In this document: positions 34,612-49,211 of the stretch, in pieces
How the letters are laid out: each line of letters opens with the position of its first letter
How positions within the stretch are numbered: the stretch's first letter is position 1
Source: Takakia lepidozioides
Lineage: Eukaryota; Plantae; Bryophyta
Assembly: GCA_030704615.1 (NCBI GenBank)
Contig: CM060733.1
Coordinates: 65,224,001-65,288,000, forward strand
DNA: 64,000 nt
Direction: 5' to 3'
Translations under genes and position numbers: made by a program
Notes under the pieces: model-generated
What the model saw: the letters and a program-made list of their open reading frames with translations, nothing else
Told to the model about the DNA's origin: nothing
The model's database searches: none

Positions 34612-37600
34612 GGAGGGCGAATAAACCTGTTGTCAACGAAAGAGTGGGCCGTGGAGGAGCCACACGAGCCCCTGTTTTTGCTCTACGTAAGACCAGTGAA
34701 GGGAGAAGGTGATGGGGAGCCGAGCCCAGATTGGATCAAGGGGATTTTGGAGAAATATCAGGATGTGATGCCGAGGATTTACCAAGCGGCTTGCCACCGC
34801 GAAGAGGAGTTGACCACAAGATTGAGGTGATACCGGGATCGGAGCCGTCTGCCAAGGTGCCCTACCGGTTGAGCCATAGAGAGTTGGTCGAGCTGAAGAC
34901 TCAACTCAAGGATCTAATGTCAAAGGGGTACATCCGGCCGAGTAAGTCACCTTACGGAGCCCCGGTGCTATTCGCGGATAAAAAGGACGGGACGCTGCGG
35001 ATGTGTGTCGATTACAGGGCTCTGAATAAGGTGGCTGTCAAAAACCGATACCATTTGCCAAGGATCGACGACCTCTTCGATCGGTTGGCAGGAGCGAAGT
35101 ATTTCAGCCGGATCGATTTGTGCTCCGGGTATCATCAAATTCGAGTGGCGGAAGGAGATGAAGAAAAGACCGCGTGCAGGACAAGGTATGGTTCCTATGA
35201 GTTATTGGTGATGCCTTTTGGGCTCACCAACGCACCCGCAACCTTTAGCACGCTAATGAACAGCCTTTTCCAGGAGTGGTTGGACGACTTTGTGATCGTG
35301 TACATCGATGACATCTTGGTGTACTCGAAAACAAAGGAAGAGCACCTGGAGCACCTCAAAAGGGTGTTCCAGAAATTACGGGAAGGGAAGCTGTATGCCA
35401 AAGCTTCAAAGTGCGAATTTGGGGTCACAAAAGTGGAGTTCTTGGGGCATGTGATTACACAGGATGGGATCAAAATGGATGACATAAATGTGAGAGCAAT
35501 CTTGGACTGGGAGCCTCCGACTTCGGTCCCAGGAGTGCGATCCTTCTTAGGACTCGCCTCCTATTACCGAAAGTATGTGAGAAATTTCGCCAAGATCGCG
35601 GGGCCGCTGTCAGACCTCCTGTGTAAATCCAAAGTCTGGGTATGGACCACCTTTTGTGGCCAAGCTTTTGCCGAGTTCAAGTAGCGGATGGCGGAAGCTC
35701 CAGTCCTGAAAATCCCGGAGTTCGACCGCCCATTTGAGATTCATACGGATGTCGGACTTTGCGATTGGAGTGTACTCATGCAGGATGGAGTCCAGTGGCT
35801 TACAAAGTAAGAAACTGAATGAAGTGGAGGGCGGTGGCCAACGCACGAGAGAAGAGATGAAGGCGGTGGTGCATTGCCTTGAGCTTTGGCGCCACTATGT
35901 TGGTTCCAACCCGGTGAAGGTGTTCACGGACAATGTCACGGTGAAGTATTTTGCCACGCAGCCTAAGTTGTCCCCAAAACAACTTAGGTGGCAAGATACT
36001 TTGGCGGAGTTCAACGTGGATATCCAGTACAAACCGGGACAAGACAATGTGGTGGCCGATGCTTTAAGTAGAAAGCAGCAGCTCTTGTTAGTGTACAAGG
36101 GCGAGACGGCGCTCCAGAGGAAGATCCGGAAGGCTTATCGGAAGGATGAGATGACGAAGTCCGTGATGCGGGACTTGAGGATGGGGGTTAAATCGTAGTT
36201 CCACTTGCAAAATGGACTACTCCGGTACAAGCAAAAGCGTCTCTACGTGCCAAAGGGAGGGATCAGAGATAGTCTCTTGAGAGAATATCATGATGGACCG
36301 CTTGCGGGCCACGCAGAACCAAGCGCACCGCAACACTCTTGCAAAAAGAGTATTTCTGGCCCAAACTAAGGGAAGAGGCCGAGGAGTATGTCAAGACATG
36401 CACCACATGCCAACAAAACCGGAGCGAGTACAAAAAGCAAGCGGGGCTGTTACAACCGTTGCCGATTCCAGAGGGGTCTTGGGAAAGTGTCTCGATGGAC
36501 TTCATGACTGTTATGCCGCTGTCAAAAGGACTCAATGCAATCATGGTGGTGGTGAATAGGTTCAGTAAAATGGGCCATTTCATCCCCACCAAGGAGACGG
36601 CAACGGCGCAGGAGACGGGGCGACTTTACTTCGCCCACGTCTTCAAGCATCATGGACTCCCGAAGGATATTGTCTCGGACCGCGATCCAAAGTTTACTAG
36701 TAAATTTTGGAGGGTACTTTGGAAGAAAATGGGGACGAGGCTCAAGATGAGCACTGCCTTCCGACCTACGATGGACGGCCAAACAGAAAGGGTGAATTCC
36801 GTGTGAAGATCTTGCGGAATTACGTGTCGGCGGATCAATCGGACTGGTGGAGCACTTGGATGCGGCAGATTTATGTTATAATACACAAAACACTCCGCAA
36901 TGGGAGTTTCCCTTTGTATTGGTCATGGAAAAGCACCTCTGGTGCCGACAAGTTGGGCCGCCCAAGACGTTGAGGAACCGGCCGGCAGCAGGCAGGCTGG
37001 AAGAACGCGAGCGTCTGTTGAAGCTCGCAAAGTACAACATTGCCAAAGCTAGGAAACGGTATGAATGGCAGACGAATCGGAAGCGGAGGGAGGTTAAGTT
37101 TGAGGCAGGCATGGAGGTCTGGTTGAACATCAAGAATTTTTGACTACCTCCGAAAGTGAGTCCGAAGTTCGTACCTCCGTATGCGGGACCCTTTCGCATC
37201 CGAAAGGTTATGAATGAGGATGTGTATGAATTGGAGCTGCCGGCAAATAGCAAGGTGCATCCGGTATTCCACGTCTCCCTTTTGAAGCCTTACTTTAAAG
37301 ATGAAGCGCATCCGAATCGGCATCAAGTGTTGCGTCCGCCACCTGTGCTGTTGGATCATGAAAATGAACCTGAGTACGAGGTGAGCAGTGCTTAAGTCGA
37401 GAGGTTCAAGAATCGAGAAACGGAGTATCTCGTGAAATGGAAAGGCTATCATCATGTGGAGGCATCTTGGGTAAGTGCCTCAGAGAAATGGGAAACGCAT
37501 CTGAGGCGGTTACAGCTTTCGAATGGCGACCTCAAAAGCGGAAGAAGCGTTGATGGGGACATCAACCTTGGATCGTGGGGGAGGAAATGCATGTTTAGCC

Positions 37601-39037
37601 CGGCTTAGCTAGCTCAGGAATCCGATTGCAAAAACTTGTATTGTACAAATTGTTATAAATGAAATGGTTTCCAAATGTTGTGCGTCCTAATTTGTTTGGA
37701 ATGGTGATGCATGGTATGGTGGCTGTGTGTAGAATGCATGCTAAGCTTACAAAGTGGGAGAGGTAAATTGGATTAATCGTGTGTTTGTGTAGGCCAAAAT
37801 CGGGCTCGGTTCACGTGCTAGTGCGCACCTGGCGCGTGCGCGTACTATAACTGCGCTACCGAGGGGGTTGTCTTGTAGTGCGGGCTAACGCGGAAGCTAC
37901 GTGCTTTCGTTCACGTACTATAATCGTGTAGCCTCGGGACGAAGTCGTAGTGCAGCTTCGGCGTGTTCCCGTACCTCAGGCCAGCATTCCAAGGCGGACC
38001 CAATTGTAGTGATTGGGCGCACGGTTGGTTCAAGGTTATCTTCCTAGTCAAAAGGGTTCAAGGCGAACCCTTGCTCAAGGTGATGCCAAAAGCGACATCA
38101 CGAGCGGTCGCAAGCAAATGTTGTTGTAGTGAGGCGATTCGATCCTCGGGGAGGATTGTTCCTTGGCCCTGAAGTGGGTCAAGAAGAGTGCACTGGGAGG
38201 AGCTTGAGAGGCTCCACCCTTGCCGGGACTTGGAGGAAGTCGGCCGAACTAGCTAGTGGAGGTAGGGTCAAGTGGGGTTTGGTTCTTAGCCATGAGACGC
38301 CATGTGCGGAAACAAACTCCTTGATGTGGAACGTCACAACTTGGATGTTGTTTCTACAAAATGGACAAGTCGATGAGGACATCGACTCCCTGTTGGTAGG
38401 GGTGTGTGTCGCGGCCCTTTGCCTTGAGGGCAGGGGGTCGGGACACGTGAGGGGCTGCCCCTGTGGTGGGGGCAGTGGCAACATTAGTTGCGGGGGCTGA
38501 AGCACCCTTGAGTGCCCAAGGCACTCAAGGAGGCGGAGACGCTCACTAGGTGGAGCCCGCCACCGGGTTGCGGTGGGGGTGGTTCCACAAGGGGTGGTGC
38601 TAGCTTAGTGGGGCTTAATGGGGGTGGCATAGGACTCACCATGGGGGCGGAGACCTTGTGGTGGGAGTCGTGGGGAGTCTTGGGACTCATCACGGTCCAA
38701 TGGGACCGTGGTGGGTGGGCCAAGACTCACCGCGACTCATCACTGGGAATCGAGGGTTTTCGTGGCGGTTCGCCATAAAATGGCATGGTTGTTTGTGAAA
38801 CCCCCGCGGACAGTCACAGAAGTATATATAGGGAGTAAACCCCGAGAAATGGTGAAACCTGTGGTGTCAAAAACTAGTGAGTCCCAAATAGAGGTTGTGG
38901 AGGAGAAAGGGGACCGTTTTGTCCGGTGAGCAGCCAAAGCTCCGAGTTGGCCCGACGGCCAGTTAGGGAGTTAGGCGCGCGCATCAAAGCGAGTAACTAT
39001 GACTTGAAGGGGAACTTACGAGGTGAGGTGCGCGACA
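34612..39037 (+). mobile_element. 5'-truncated chromovirus: RT-RH-IN-chromodomain, 3' UTR, PPT and 3' LTR (38407-39037)
   Basis: [22 protein letters not shown], integrase core, chromodomain; LTR TGTCGCGG...CGCGACA with an internal deletion near 38880. Confidence 0.93.
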
Positions 39038-40761
39038 CTGCACAAGTGTTCCCTACTTTTGCTCCTTTGCTTTCAACAACGGTATTGTAGCGATAAGTAC
39101 TGGTAATTACTGGTAATTTTTTTCTTTTGTGATCTCGATTGCCTACTGTCTCATGCATGAAGGATGTCGGGCCATGCTGTTCACAATGATTAGCATGTCA
39201 TTTTCTTCCAATGATCATTGTTTCTTCATTCGCTGCTTTTGCACAATTTGAAATTCTATCTGGCATTAGGGCAGTAGAATGGTTTAGTGTTGAGGCTGTG
39301 CTTCACAGAAGGTAGGAACTTCCACACATGATTTTAGATGAGCTTGCGGGTCAACCATCGCAGGAGCCTCCATATGTGAACCCTAAGACGTCAGGGAAAG
39401 TTGGAGATTGCCATAGCCCTGTCCTCCCTCTCACCACGACTCCATCTCCCATCACACGCGCATGTAGTAAACGTCCCAGGAATCCACAAAATGTGTAGTG
39501 ACATTGATTACAATTGCCTACACAAAGTCAAATTTGATAATTGTGGGGCTTTTAGGCCTTCTGTCCTGCCATATCAGTGGGTGCACAAACTTAGGGAAAT
39601 GAAGCTTGTCTTCCTTGATGTTCGCTCTTTCTCGTCCTTTGCTTCCTAGAACTGGGAGATTGCCTGGTGAGTACTGTTAATTACTAACAGAAGTGCGTTT
39701 ATCATACTGCAATCTCCAACAACATAGCTTCACATCGCCACAAACACCCCATGTCGATATTGGGGTCTTGCCATTTCCAAGCATTTCAACATACCGTTTC
39801 ATCCGAACAGATTATGCCCGTGTTGTTCAGACTGATGATCATTGACAATGCATTTCAAGGTGCCCAATGACCAATATCAGGCCCACACCCCCGGCGACAA
39901 TGCCAAATTCGATAGGGGGCATCATATGATTACTGTTCCCTTTCGTTTACATCACATGCATTAGCATTCTTTCAAATTTGGAATGTACGTTACTGCTCAC
40001 TATGGTATTCCTTTTTAGCTTCCTACATGCAACACATGCCTACATTGCAGGCTTTGCAGGCCACCAACAACATTTCATTCCCATTGCAAACACCTGAAAG
40101 TGGCATAATTTCCACCCCAATAGTATCCTTCCTTCTCGCAATCACATCACTGAGTGATGAACTGCTGCCAGGGTGCCAATGGGTCTCCCAACTATGATAT
40201 TAAATATAACTCGTGCTAAACACCTGCTCAGCTCCACACCAGGAGGTCATGTGTGTTGCACAATGGAAGATCAACGAAGTGTATGGTTGTCTATGAGTGC
40301 CATTAGGATTTCCATAGTGATACATATACAGAGGGCACCTGATATCGGGCTCGGAAATGAACTGCACAGCGGTAGGATGGTTCACACCGCGAAAAAACCA
40401 ACATTCGTAATTCAGGACGTTGTGGTCCATACATTTCCATGTCTATGGCACAAAGTCTGAACATATACGCCTCTCCATCCCCCATGTCTCTTTGCCGTTA
40501 TATTTCGTTCAAACACGGAAAAGGATTGAATACTGTGATGTTGCCCGTCCTCGTATACCTCTCCACCATCTTCACCCAAGACTCTACACTTCTTTACACT
40601 TAAACTCCTCGGAAGCTTCTACATGCCTCTACAGCAATGTGCCTCACAAGTCCTCCGACGGAACTGTTCAAGTAACCTTTCATACTTCGACGGACAGTTG
40701 TACCCAACCCTATCTCCGAAAGGATATGCACTTCACCCGCATTTTGCTTTTGCATTCTCCA

Positions 40762-41461
40762 TTACTGCGATGATTTGGACGTTGACGATCCTGCCTTAGG
40801 CAGCAGCAAAGCCGACAGGGCTGGACTGACTTTGAGGGCAGTCAAGTCCTGCACCAGCCGATCATCCCAGGCAGAAGATTCTCCAATGCCAGTTTTGTCA
40901 ATGAAAAAAACACTCGTGGGAGTGAGGCCCAATGACCAAGCAACACTATCCTCCCCTCTCTCCAGACTACACTGCTTCTTCAAACGCACTGTAAAGCTAC
41001 CCTTCACCAAGATGTTTGTTTTTATTGCAGCCAGGGTTTTTTTCAGGTCCACAATGGGGACCTTCGATAGGACTCCCCTCTTGTCTGCCTTGACAATGCT
41101 GAAGATCCTCTGACTCGTGCGGAGGTTCACCTCCAACCACAAATAGTCCCCTGCAATCCGAACTTTCGATCTAGTGTCCACACGGAATCCCTCTCCCTCT
41201 GGCACAAGCAATGACATTCCAAATACACAGAGGAACCCCCATAGTAACATAATGCAAAGCATATGACTTTGGGGCATTGTCCTTGTACACCCTTACAACT
41301 CCTTCCAGCAACATAGACTTCTCCATGCCATCGCCAAACAAAATGTTCGCAACCACGGTGCGTGTCCTTTCCAGTCGCGGCTGGAGCACTTCGGAGATAT
41401 CATGGGGATCTTCAATCCATGCCTTCATAAGACTGGCGTTGCTACCTGAATAGTATGCCAT
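40762..41461 (-). pseudogene. Unidentified ~230-aa coding-like region with one frameshift
   Basis: ORFs 41171-41461 and 40762-41277 overlap in different frames and read as globular protein sequence; no recognised family. Confidence 0.35.
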
Positions 41462-44400
41462 GACGACCTCAATACAAGATGCAAAGGAATGCAGAAACTT
41501 TGGCAGAAAAAAAAAACCCCGCAGATCTCTCTACCGCCGCCCCTCACATATGTGCACAACTCAGCTAAGAGTTGAACAATAAAACCGCCGAGCACCGTGA
41601 TACCAAAGACAACTGCCATGCCGGGGAGAAGGAAGACGGAACACATGGAACACATGATTAGTGCGTAATTAGTATATTACCAACATGTTTTAGTACATAT
41701 TTAGAGCGTATTTGAAACGTATGTGCACTATGGGTTTCTCATATGTTGTTGGAAAGCTTGTTTTATTCTCTACCTCTGAGATTTCTTACTCATCATGCTT
41801 GAGTAATAGGACAAAACGTTACGGCCAGAAAACAAAGGTGCAACTTGGGCGCCTGCAACTTGTGCCATTTTTTTCCTCTTCATACTTTGACCTGCATAAA
41901 CATTACTGCTTCAAAAATGTTGAGTAATATTGCACTATAGGCAATTGTGATATCTTGTTGAAATTGCTAGCTCAATTTTGTGCCACCGGGATTGAGTTAC
42001 ACATCGATGCAGTCAGACCAAAATATGTTATGGCCACAATACCGTACTACACACTAAACCACTTTCTTTTTCTGCATACTGTGCCCTACAATTACATTAT
42101 GCCTTATTCCATCTTGAGTATTGTTTCACGATGCGATTGTGATATCGTATTTGAAAGGTAACTTTATTTTCATGCATTGACATATTGTTATACATGGATT
42201 TAGTAACACCTGCAGTCCATATAATGAACTAGGGCCTGTTTGTGTCTACAAGGAGCGAATGAGACGGTGAGATGGTTGGGCAGCTGCTGGATGTGCCTTC
42301 TTTCCATTTTGAACTTCAGGTGGATTGGGCTGAGGAAGCATGTGGCTGACAGCATTACCAGTACTGCAATTTCATTTCCATTTTCAGCTCCACAATTTTA
42401 GGCAATATCACTATTTTGCAGGTTCTCACATCTTACTTGCACATGCACAGGCGTACTGACAGTACACTTCCGTATGAACAACCCATGTACAACTGCTACG
42501 CATTGAAAATGTGCAACAGGTGGAGTTCCGAGTGAAGAATGTCTGCAATCTGAGGTGCATGCATGCATGGCCCCCGGGTCTGAAGTATGTGATGTGCATG
42601 GCCTACAGGTCTGAGGGGGGATAATACATGTTTATTCACAACGCACTTTAGAACTGTGTCTGGAAAGTGAGGTTTACGGTTTAGGGTTCACGCTTAACCG
42701 GCTCCATCTGAATGACATCAAATACACGGCGGATTCTCTTTCTGTTTCTAGCCTTCTGTGACTTTTTCATGTGAGGTGGGATGTAGTTCAACTTGGTGCG
42801 AGTTCGGATGTGGGCTTTGGGTCACTGCAGTTTAGTAGGTATTTTGAATCAGGAGACGTTGTTGAAATGTTTGGGGTCGAAGTTTTTTATTCATTCCTGA
42901 GGCAACCATTTGCAATTGAAGATGGCATTCCAAATTTACACATTCACATTGCAGTTGAATACCTATTTTGATTCGTTGGCCATGTACAACTCTTTCATTT
43001 GAAGTTGGTAATGTTGCCTTGGCAAAGGATTTGCATTTGAGGTTGAAAGAAATATTTTCCATGGCTCTCTGGCGTCCAATATATAAGGTCGGAAAGAACT
43101 ATCATCCATACTTGTGTTCCACATGAAAGGGAGCATGCACAACCTACAGCAATACAATGCCCATGGAATGTTATTATTTATATGATTACAGAGCAAAGGA
43201 CAGAGCTGCCACTGAGGTTACAAAGAACGACGTGGACAGAAGTTCATTCAGACCCCAAAGAGTCAAAGATATGAAGACTACGCTTTCTATCCATCAGAAA
43301 ATGCAACAATACTGCCCCCACTGCAGTCCGTTCAGAAAGCAACAAATATAATGCCTCTCCAACCACATATGTGAACAAAACAGCCCACCCATAATGAATA
43401 TACTGACATACTAGTGTGGCAATGCCAATTCAAAAGGAAGCATCTCTCACAAGCACCCGCCACTATTTCCCGCCCTACTCTCATGTGGGTGGAGGCTGCC
43501 AATGAGAGACATTGCCTCCACTTCATGCATGTTATGTGCATGTCATGTGGACCAATGCGCACCTCACCTGATGATGGATCAGTATTCAAATTGCATCCTT
43601 TTAGTCCTGAAGATGCATGTGGCCATCCGAAACCGTGCAACACATGATTTTCCCCCTCGAAATGTCATGTTCTCCAGCCTCACTGAACACATACTCTCCA
43701 CACACCACATTGCCATTCAGCAGTCCCAAACTCCTTCAGTTTCCTCAGACCCCCCATTGCCTCCTCCGCACTCTCCCTCATCCATCTGCCTCGCCTTGTA
43801 GCCTCTTTCACTTCCGCCTCTCTCACTTAGCAATGTCAGACGCTGAAGAAGGAGTAGGCAGCTCCTGGCTGCAAGAGGAAGCTTTAGTTGATCTCGACAC
43901 TCACAAGGAGTTGGTAGGAGATATTACTGGCATCGTGGGGACTCGCATCTCCGGATTGGAAGCCTTGGTGGATTGGTCAAAACCCATAGCAGGAGACATC
44001 ATTCTTACAGCGCATGTATCCGCAGGTAGAGTGGGCTGGTCTGGCTTTTACGATGACACCAACAGTGCAGCTAACACTGTTGTTCTCAAGTCAAGATTAC
44101 ACACCCCAACAGCAGAAAGAGGCATCATTCTAGAAGCCACAACCTAAATGCATGGCACAGTATGTAAAAAACAATGTGTTCGAAACTGCACTTTGGTTTT
44201 CTGCCCATAACGTCTTCTGGTCTTACTCAACGGATGTTTAACAACATCCCCCCGCTTTAAAAAAAAAAAAAAAAAAAACTTTCCAACAGGATATGACAAA
44301 GCTATAATTCAATAGTACTCAACATTCCAAAAGCCAAAATATAAGTGCAGATGAAAGTATGAAGATAAATAAAGTGGACCAACCTACACCTTCCTCACCT

Positions 44401-44599
44401 GCCCATAACGTCTTCCAATCTTACTTGTAGGATGTGTAACAAAGTTTCAGAGGTGGAGAATAAAGCATGATTTCCAACAACATATCACACATCTATAGTG
44501 CAATGAGTCTCAACATTCCAGAAGTCATAACGTAAATGCAGGTGGGTCTATGAAGAGAAAAAACGAGAGCAAGCCCCACCTTCTTTCAGGTGACATTGG

Positions 44600-46790
44600 T
44601 GAGAGCTACGAAGGAAAGATTTTGGACTTGACTGCCATGATGGAGGAGGGTCTTTAGTAAGAAGAAGTTGTTGTTGGAGGAATTTGCTGGTATCTGTCAG
44701 TTGAAGAATACTTTCCCACTCTGTAGAGATAAGGGCAAGTAGGTTGGGCAATGGACTTGTACCAGCGGATATTTTGTGAGCCATAGAAGGGGAGGTCAGA
44801 CCTGGGGGAGTTTGTGAAGACGAAGGCATGGAAGAGGGGGATTGATGGGCAGCTAGCAAGTTGGCCACCTTTACATGTGCCCAATAGGGATCCGCACAAC
44901 TTTGCAATCAGCCCGTCCTCCACATGGGGGTGGAGCATCTTCAAAACCTTTACCTGGTGTGCACACATATTTCTTTTCTGGGCCCAATGACAATCACAAC
45001 AACCCCACTTAGAATTCGGATCGTGGACAGTATATGTCATACCCAAATGGCAGTGGTATTGAACTGTTGCAATGCCTCCGGGTGTGTCAGGCAGGTGCAC
45101 ATTCGCATCTGGAATGTCGTTGGCAAGCAAAATAGAAGTACAAACAAATCCCTCCTGCCACTTGTTTCGGATGAACCCATAAGCCTTCGCATGTGACACA
45201 TAACAGTAATGGGTTAGCACATCACCTGTCAGTTCAGAGATGAGCCAATCTACCCGCCTACTACCGAGGACGCTTTTGGTGCTCTTTAATTGCGCTTTCA
45301 GGTTCCCGTGGTATGCTTCTATGGCAGCATTAGTGTCTTGAGAGGCATGAGGTATGTTCCGGGATCCCTTCATCCACATTTTGGCTTTTGGAAGCCACTC
45401 TGTCTCCATGTAGGTGCAGAATGTCTCAGAAGGGTACTTCTCCCGCATGTCCAGAATTTTGAATACGGCCCATGCTTCACCTGCATACATGATCTATGCC
45501 AGGTCTTGTAAGATAACTGCTCGCAATACTGGGTCTTTCACCTTTGCTACAACATTCTTCTGCCAGGCTCGGCGAACATGCCACAAGCACAAGAAAACAA
45601 CACAATCCTCCCACACAGATCTGTTCTCTTATCAGGCATGTAAACTAAAATTCATGTGTAACTAAGAGATCATGGTAGGTATATTGCCTGAGTTCATGGA
45701 CATACCTAATTGCAACAATTTCAACATCTGCGTCATCCACAATAAAAGCATTCGGACGCCAGTCTACCTGCAGACTTATCATTTGTTTGTTAAGTGCCTC
45801 CATCCAAGGCTTAAGATCGATGGTTTTGCACCTTGCAGTGATAATGTACGCCATTGGAATACCATTCAGCCAGCTGTCGAATACCATCATGGTATACAAG
45901 GGTACTGTAGCAATATCATGTGTAACTGAAGTAATTTCAGGATGGTATGAGAACAGAAAAATTCCATGAAAACATAATTTGACAAGCTTTGAGGACATTT
46001 GGGTTAAGAAACTGCCGCAACCTTCGTTTCGTCTCCCAAAGTTGCATCACAAGCAACTATCGACGATGGCCGTGTTTGAGCATTTGTTTTTCTCTGCCAA
46101 TCAGTTTGTAGGCCAAGCACAAATGGAAGGTCCCCAGTGTTTCGGTCATTCAACGTCCCGCATGGTGATTACACTCTTCTTGGTAGTAGAAACGCTTGCT
46201 GGGTTTTCATGCACCCCCATTCGGACACTTTGTGCATCATTGGAGTGCTTTTTGAAAGGTTCTTCATCGCACTTGTTGGCAATATTTCGGATGTCACTTG
46301 AAAGAAGGAAGGTATCATCACTATACCTCAACCCCCATCCATGATATCCCTCACCCGCTGCGTGTGCTTTGCCATTATCTTGTTTGATGTTAGTCCAGAC
46401 GTCGGTTATGTAATACCATGTTTCATATCATCGCTCAAGTGGGGAGCTAAATGAAATATGACCTAGTTGCTGAGTGGGTCCATGGCAGACCTCTCCAACC
46501 CCATTGACATGTCCCTCTTTCATAATAGACCAGCTCTGCAATATCAGGGTCCACATAACCGTGCTTCACTACAACCTGCACATGCATCCCCTCTTGATGG
46601 CCTTTCCCAATTTTGTTTGTGTGGTCCTTGCTTGTTTTTGGCTTTGCTTCAGTGGAGCGCTGTGACTCTTGGCTTCCTCCCCTTCTTCTTTGCAAGGTTT
46701 GCTTGGCGTTTATTGTGTGCCATTGTAGGGGTAACCATCCCAGAGGGCCGTAGTTCTGTCCTCTGGACCATATGAGCAGTGATACCTACA
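44600..46790 (-). mobile_element. Degenerate MULE transposase with SWIM zinc finger (spliced)
   Basis: PLYTMMVFD, WRPNAFIVDDAD, VFLCLWHVRRAW, QDTNAAIEAYHGNLK, RRVDWLI, CDCHWAQKRNMCAH. Confidence 0.88.
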
Positions 46791-49211
46791 CCAACAAACT
46801 ATATTCCGTTACTATCACTCTAAGGGGACTCGGGCACTCTCTGAATTCATGGAAAGCATGGAGTGAGACACCCCACAGTTAGGGCTAATTTGAGCCCCAC
46901 CTTGGCTCAGTGTACAGACCCGCGATAAAAGCCCCAAAGTGCCGCCCCTATCAGTCTTGGTTTACATGTGGCTGGGAAAGGTGATTCCACGTTCATGACG
47001 TAACCATCAGCGTAGCACAACACCAGCACAAGCAGTTCCTTCATGCATTATCCCTTCTATCGCTGATTATACTTACATCATTGGTCCCCCTTCCTACCGT
47101 CTTCTACATTCCATGATTTTGTCACCTAACTTCACTCTAGATAGGTCTTTATGTTCAACCTTGCAAATCCACTGTCTAGTCACCTTATGGTCTCCCTTCA
47201 ATTTTGGGCAAGACGTAAAACCCGTGGCTGATTTTCTCTTTGTGAAAATATCGTTTTGTTATACGGCTAATAGCCAGCCACGAGTATGAGGGCATAACAA
47301 AAATAAATCAGAGTGCCGACTACACTGTGTAATGCACACCTCCGACGTTGAAAGGAAAAAGAAATCATCTCCTTTCTTTACGCCCTCTACTGGGGGGCTT
47401 AGAACCCCTCTAACATGGTGTGGACGAAAGCTTTGGTTGGGAAGGTATCTCCACGTACAAACCTTCAGATTTTTTGGCTTTGTTAAAATTAGGGCTTCCC
47501 TGACAGGAATTTTCCCTGGCACTGATTACAGGGTTTTGCCCCGACCCCTGCCCTGGGGACAGGCGCCTCAAATCCAGGAAAGTCCTCGGGCGAGGGCTTT
47601 ACCTCTTACAAACAAAAGAAAAGTTAGGTCAGTTATATACGGCGCATTTTGCAATCTTGAAATCTGCTCGACCAGCACGAGAGCTGAGCCGCCGTCCCCA
47701 GGGGCTCACAGAATCCCGTTTCCCCTGTGGTGGACTTACATACCAGAAACTTCGGGCGAATCCTACCCGGCATATGATTCTTCCCGCCAGCTTTGCTACC
47801 TGGATGGGAAATTTCCCGGCGGGCAGATCTGCCCGTCGGGCCCCACCACCTGTCCACGCGAACTGCCCTGATCGCAAGAGATCTGTGCTGTGTACATTGA
47901 ATTTTTTTCTGATTGGATGGAATGAAACCGTTCTGACAGTTGTCACCCCTGAAGTGGTTTTTCTGGCAGGACAAAGAGGGCGTAGGCGAATGAAAGAGGG
48001 TCCTAGACGCAAAAGAGGCAGACTGGTGCAGGGGTGGTTGAGCCCCGCCGTGCAAGCAATACCCTAACTTGTGTCAGCGCCGTGGATTGCCCACAAAGTC
48101 GGCACGTGTTGCACGGCAGAGAAGGGATTAAGGCGGTCAGGGTACGATACTTAAGCGCTCCACGTGTCGACAGCTGGAGTGTGTTGCTTTTTCTGGTCCC
48201 ACTACAACCCAAGTTTATTCTTCATCCGGGGAGTTACTTCCGTTCATCTATTCATCCAAGTGGGAGTCCAGTACAGTTACAGTGCGAAACAGTCCACTTT
48301 GATCTCTGCAATTATGAATCCCTGGAGGGAATCAGAACGCGATAATGTTCCACGTGTCATAGCGCAAATTTCGAGTACATAATTGGTTTTCCCTTTATTT
48401 ATCGAAAGAGAAATGAAAAGAAAAGAACTGGGAAATGGATAGCGTTGGCAGAATATCTGCTGAAGCCGGGAGACGCGTGGAGGTCTAGGGTGCGGACATG
48501 GGGAGCAGTAGCCAGGGGCGCCAGCTTGGCAGAAGCTGGGGTGGATGGGTGGGGCCGGGGAGATCACTCCATCTCACTCGCTGCTGAATCTTCGCTGCTC
48601 GCTGCTCCGCTACCTCTAAGGGTGCGGTGGTGAAGAATTGAGGAATTGTATTGGTTGCTCCAAGATATTTTGTGGGAGGAGTGGTGAGGGACTGTTGCAG
48701 AGCAGGGGCGTTTGAGTCTACAGGGATTAGAGTTCTAGTGCAGCTTAGATTTTTTGGTGTCTCCAACTTCAAGCTTGTCCTGCTACCGCTGCTGTTCCGG
48801 TATTTAGATCTCATCCCGAGATTTTCTGTTTTGCTGTATTGTTGAAGTGCGTGCGTGGGGCACTTCTTTTGGATTGAGTTTTTGCTGGTCCCTGATCTGT
48901 AAATGACGTTATGGTCTGAGAGTCACTTGAAACTTGGGAGTTGAACTGATTGAGAAGGGGAGGTCCAACTGAGAGGGGTCGGGCGCGCATATAGTTGATT
49001 ATTCATTTTGGCGGTATGTTTGAATTGGGAGGGAATTGGGGCTTGAGGTTGTTTGAGGAACAGTACTCAGTGGCTCTAGTGAATCGTGATAGATAGTGTT
49101 GTAGTGAAATGAAGTCAAGGTTCCCTCAAATTTTGTGGTAAACATGTCTAGAAGTTAAAGACGATAGTGTACGTATGCAACTCTGACTAGACGTGGGAGG
49201 ATTTGCAGGAC

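Noticed and set aside
47230-48420. TIR element upstream of the BRO1 gene
   Set aside because: Only ~11 bp of terminal similarity and no TSD found.
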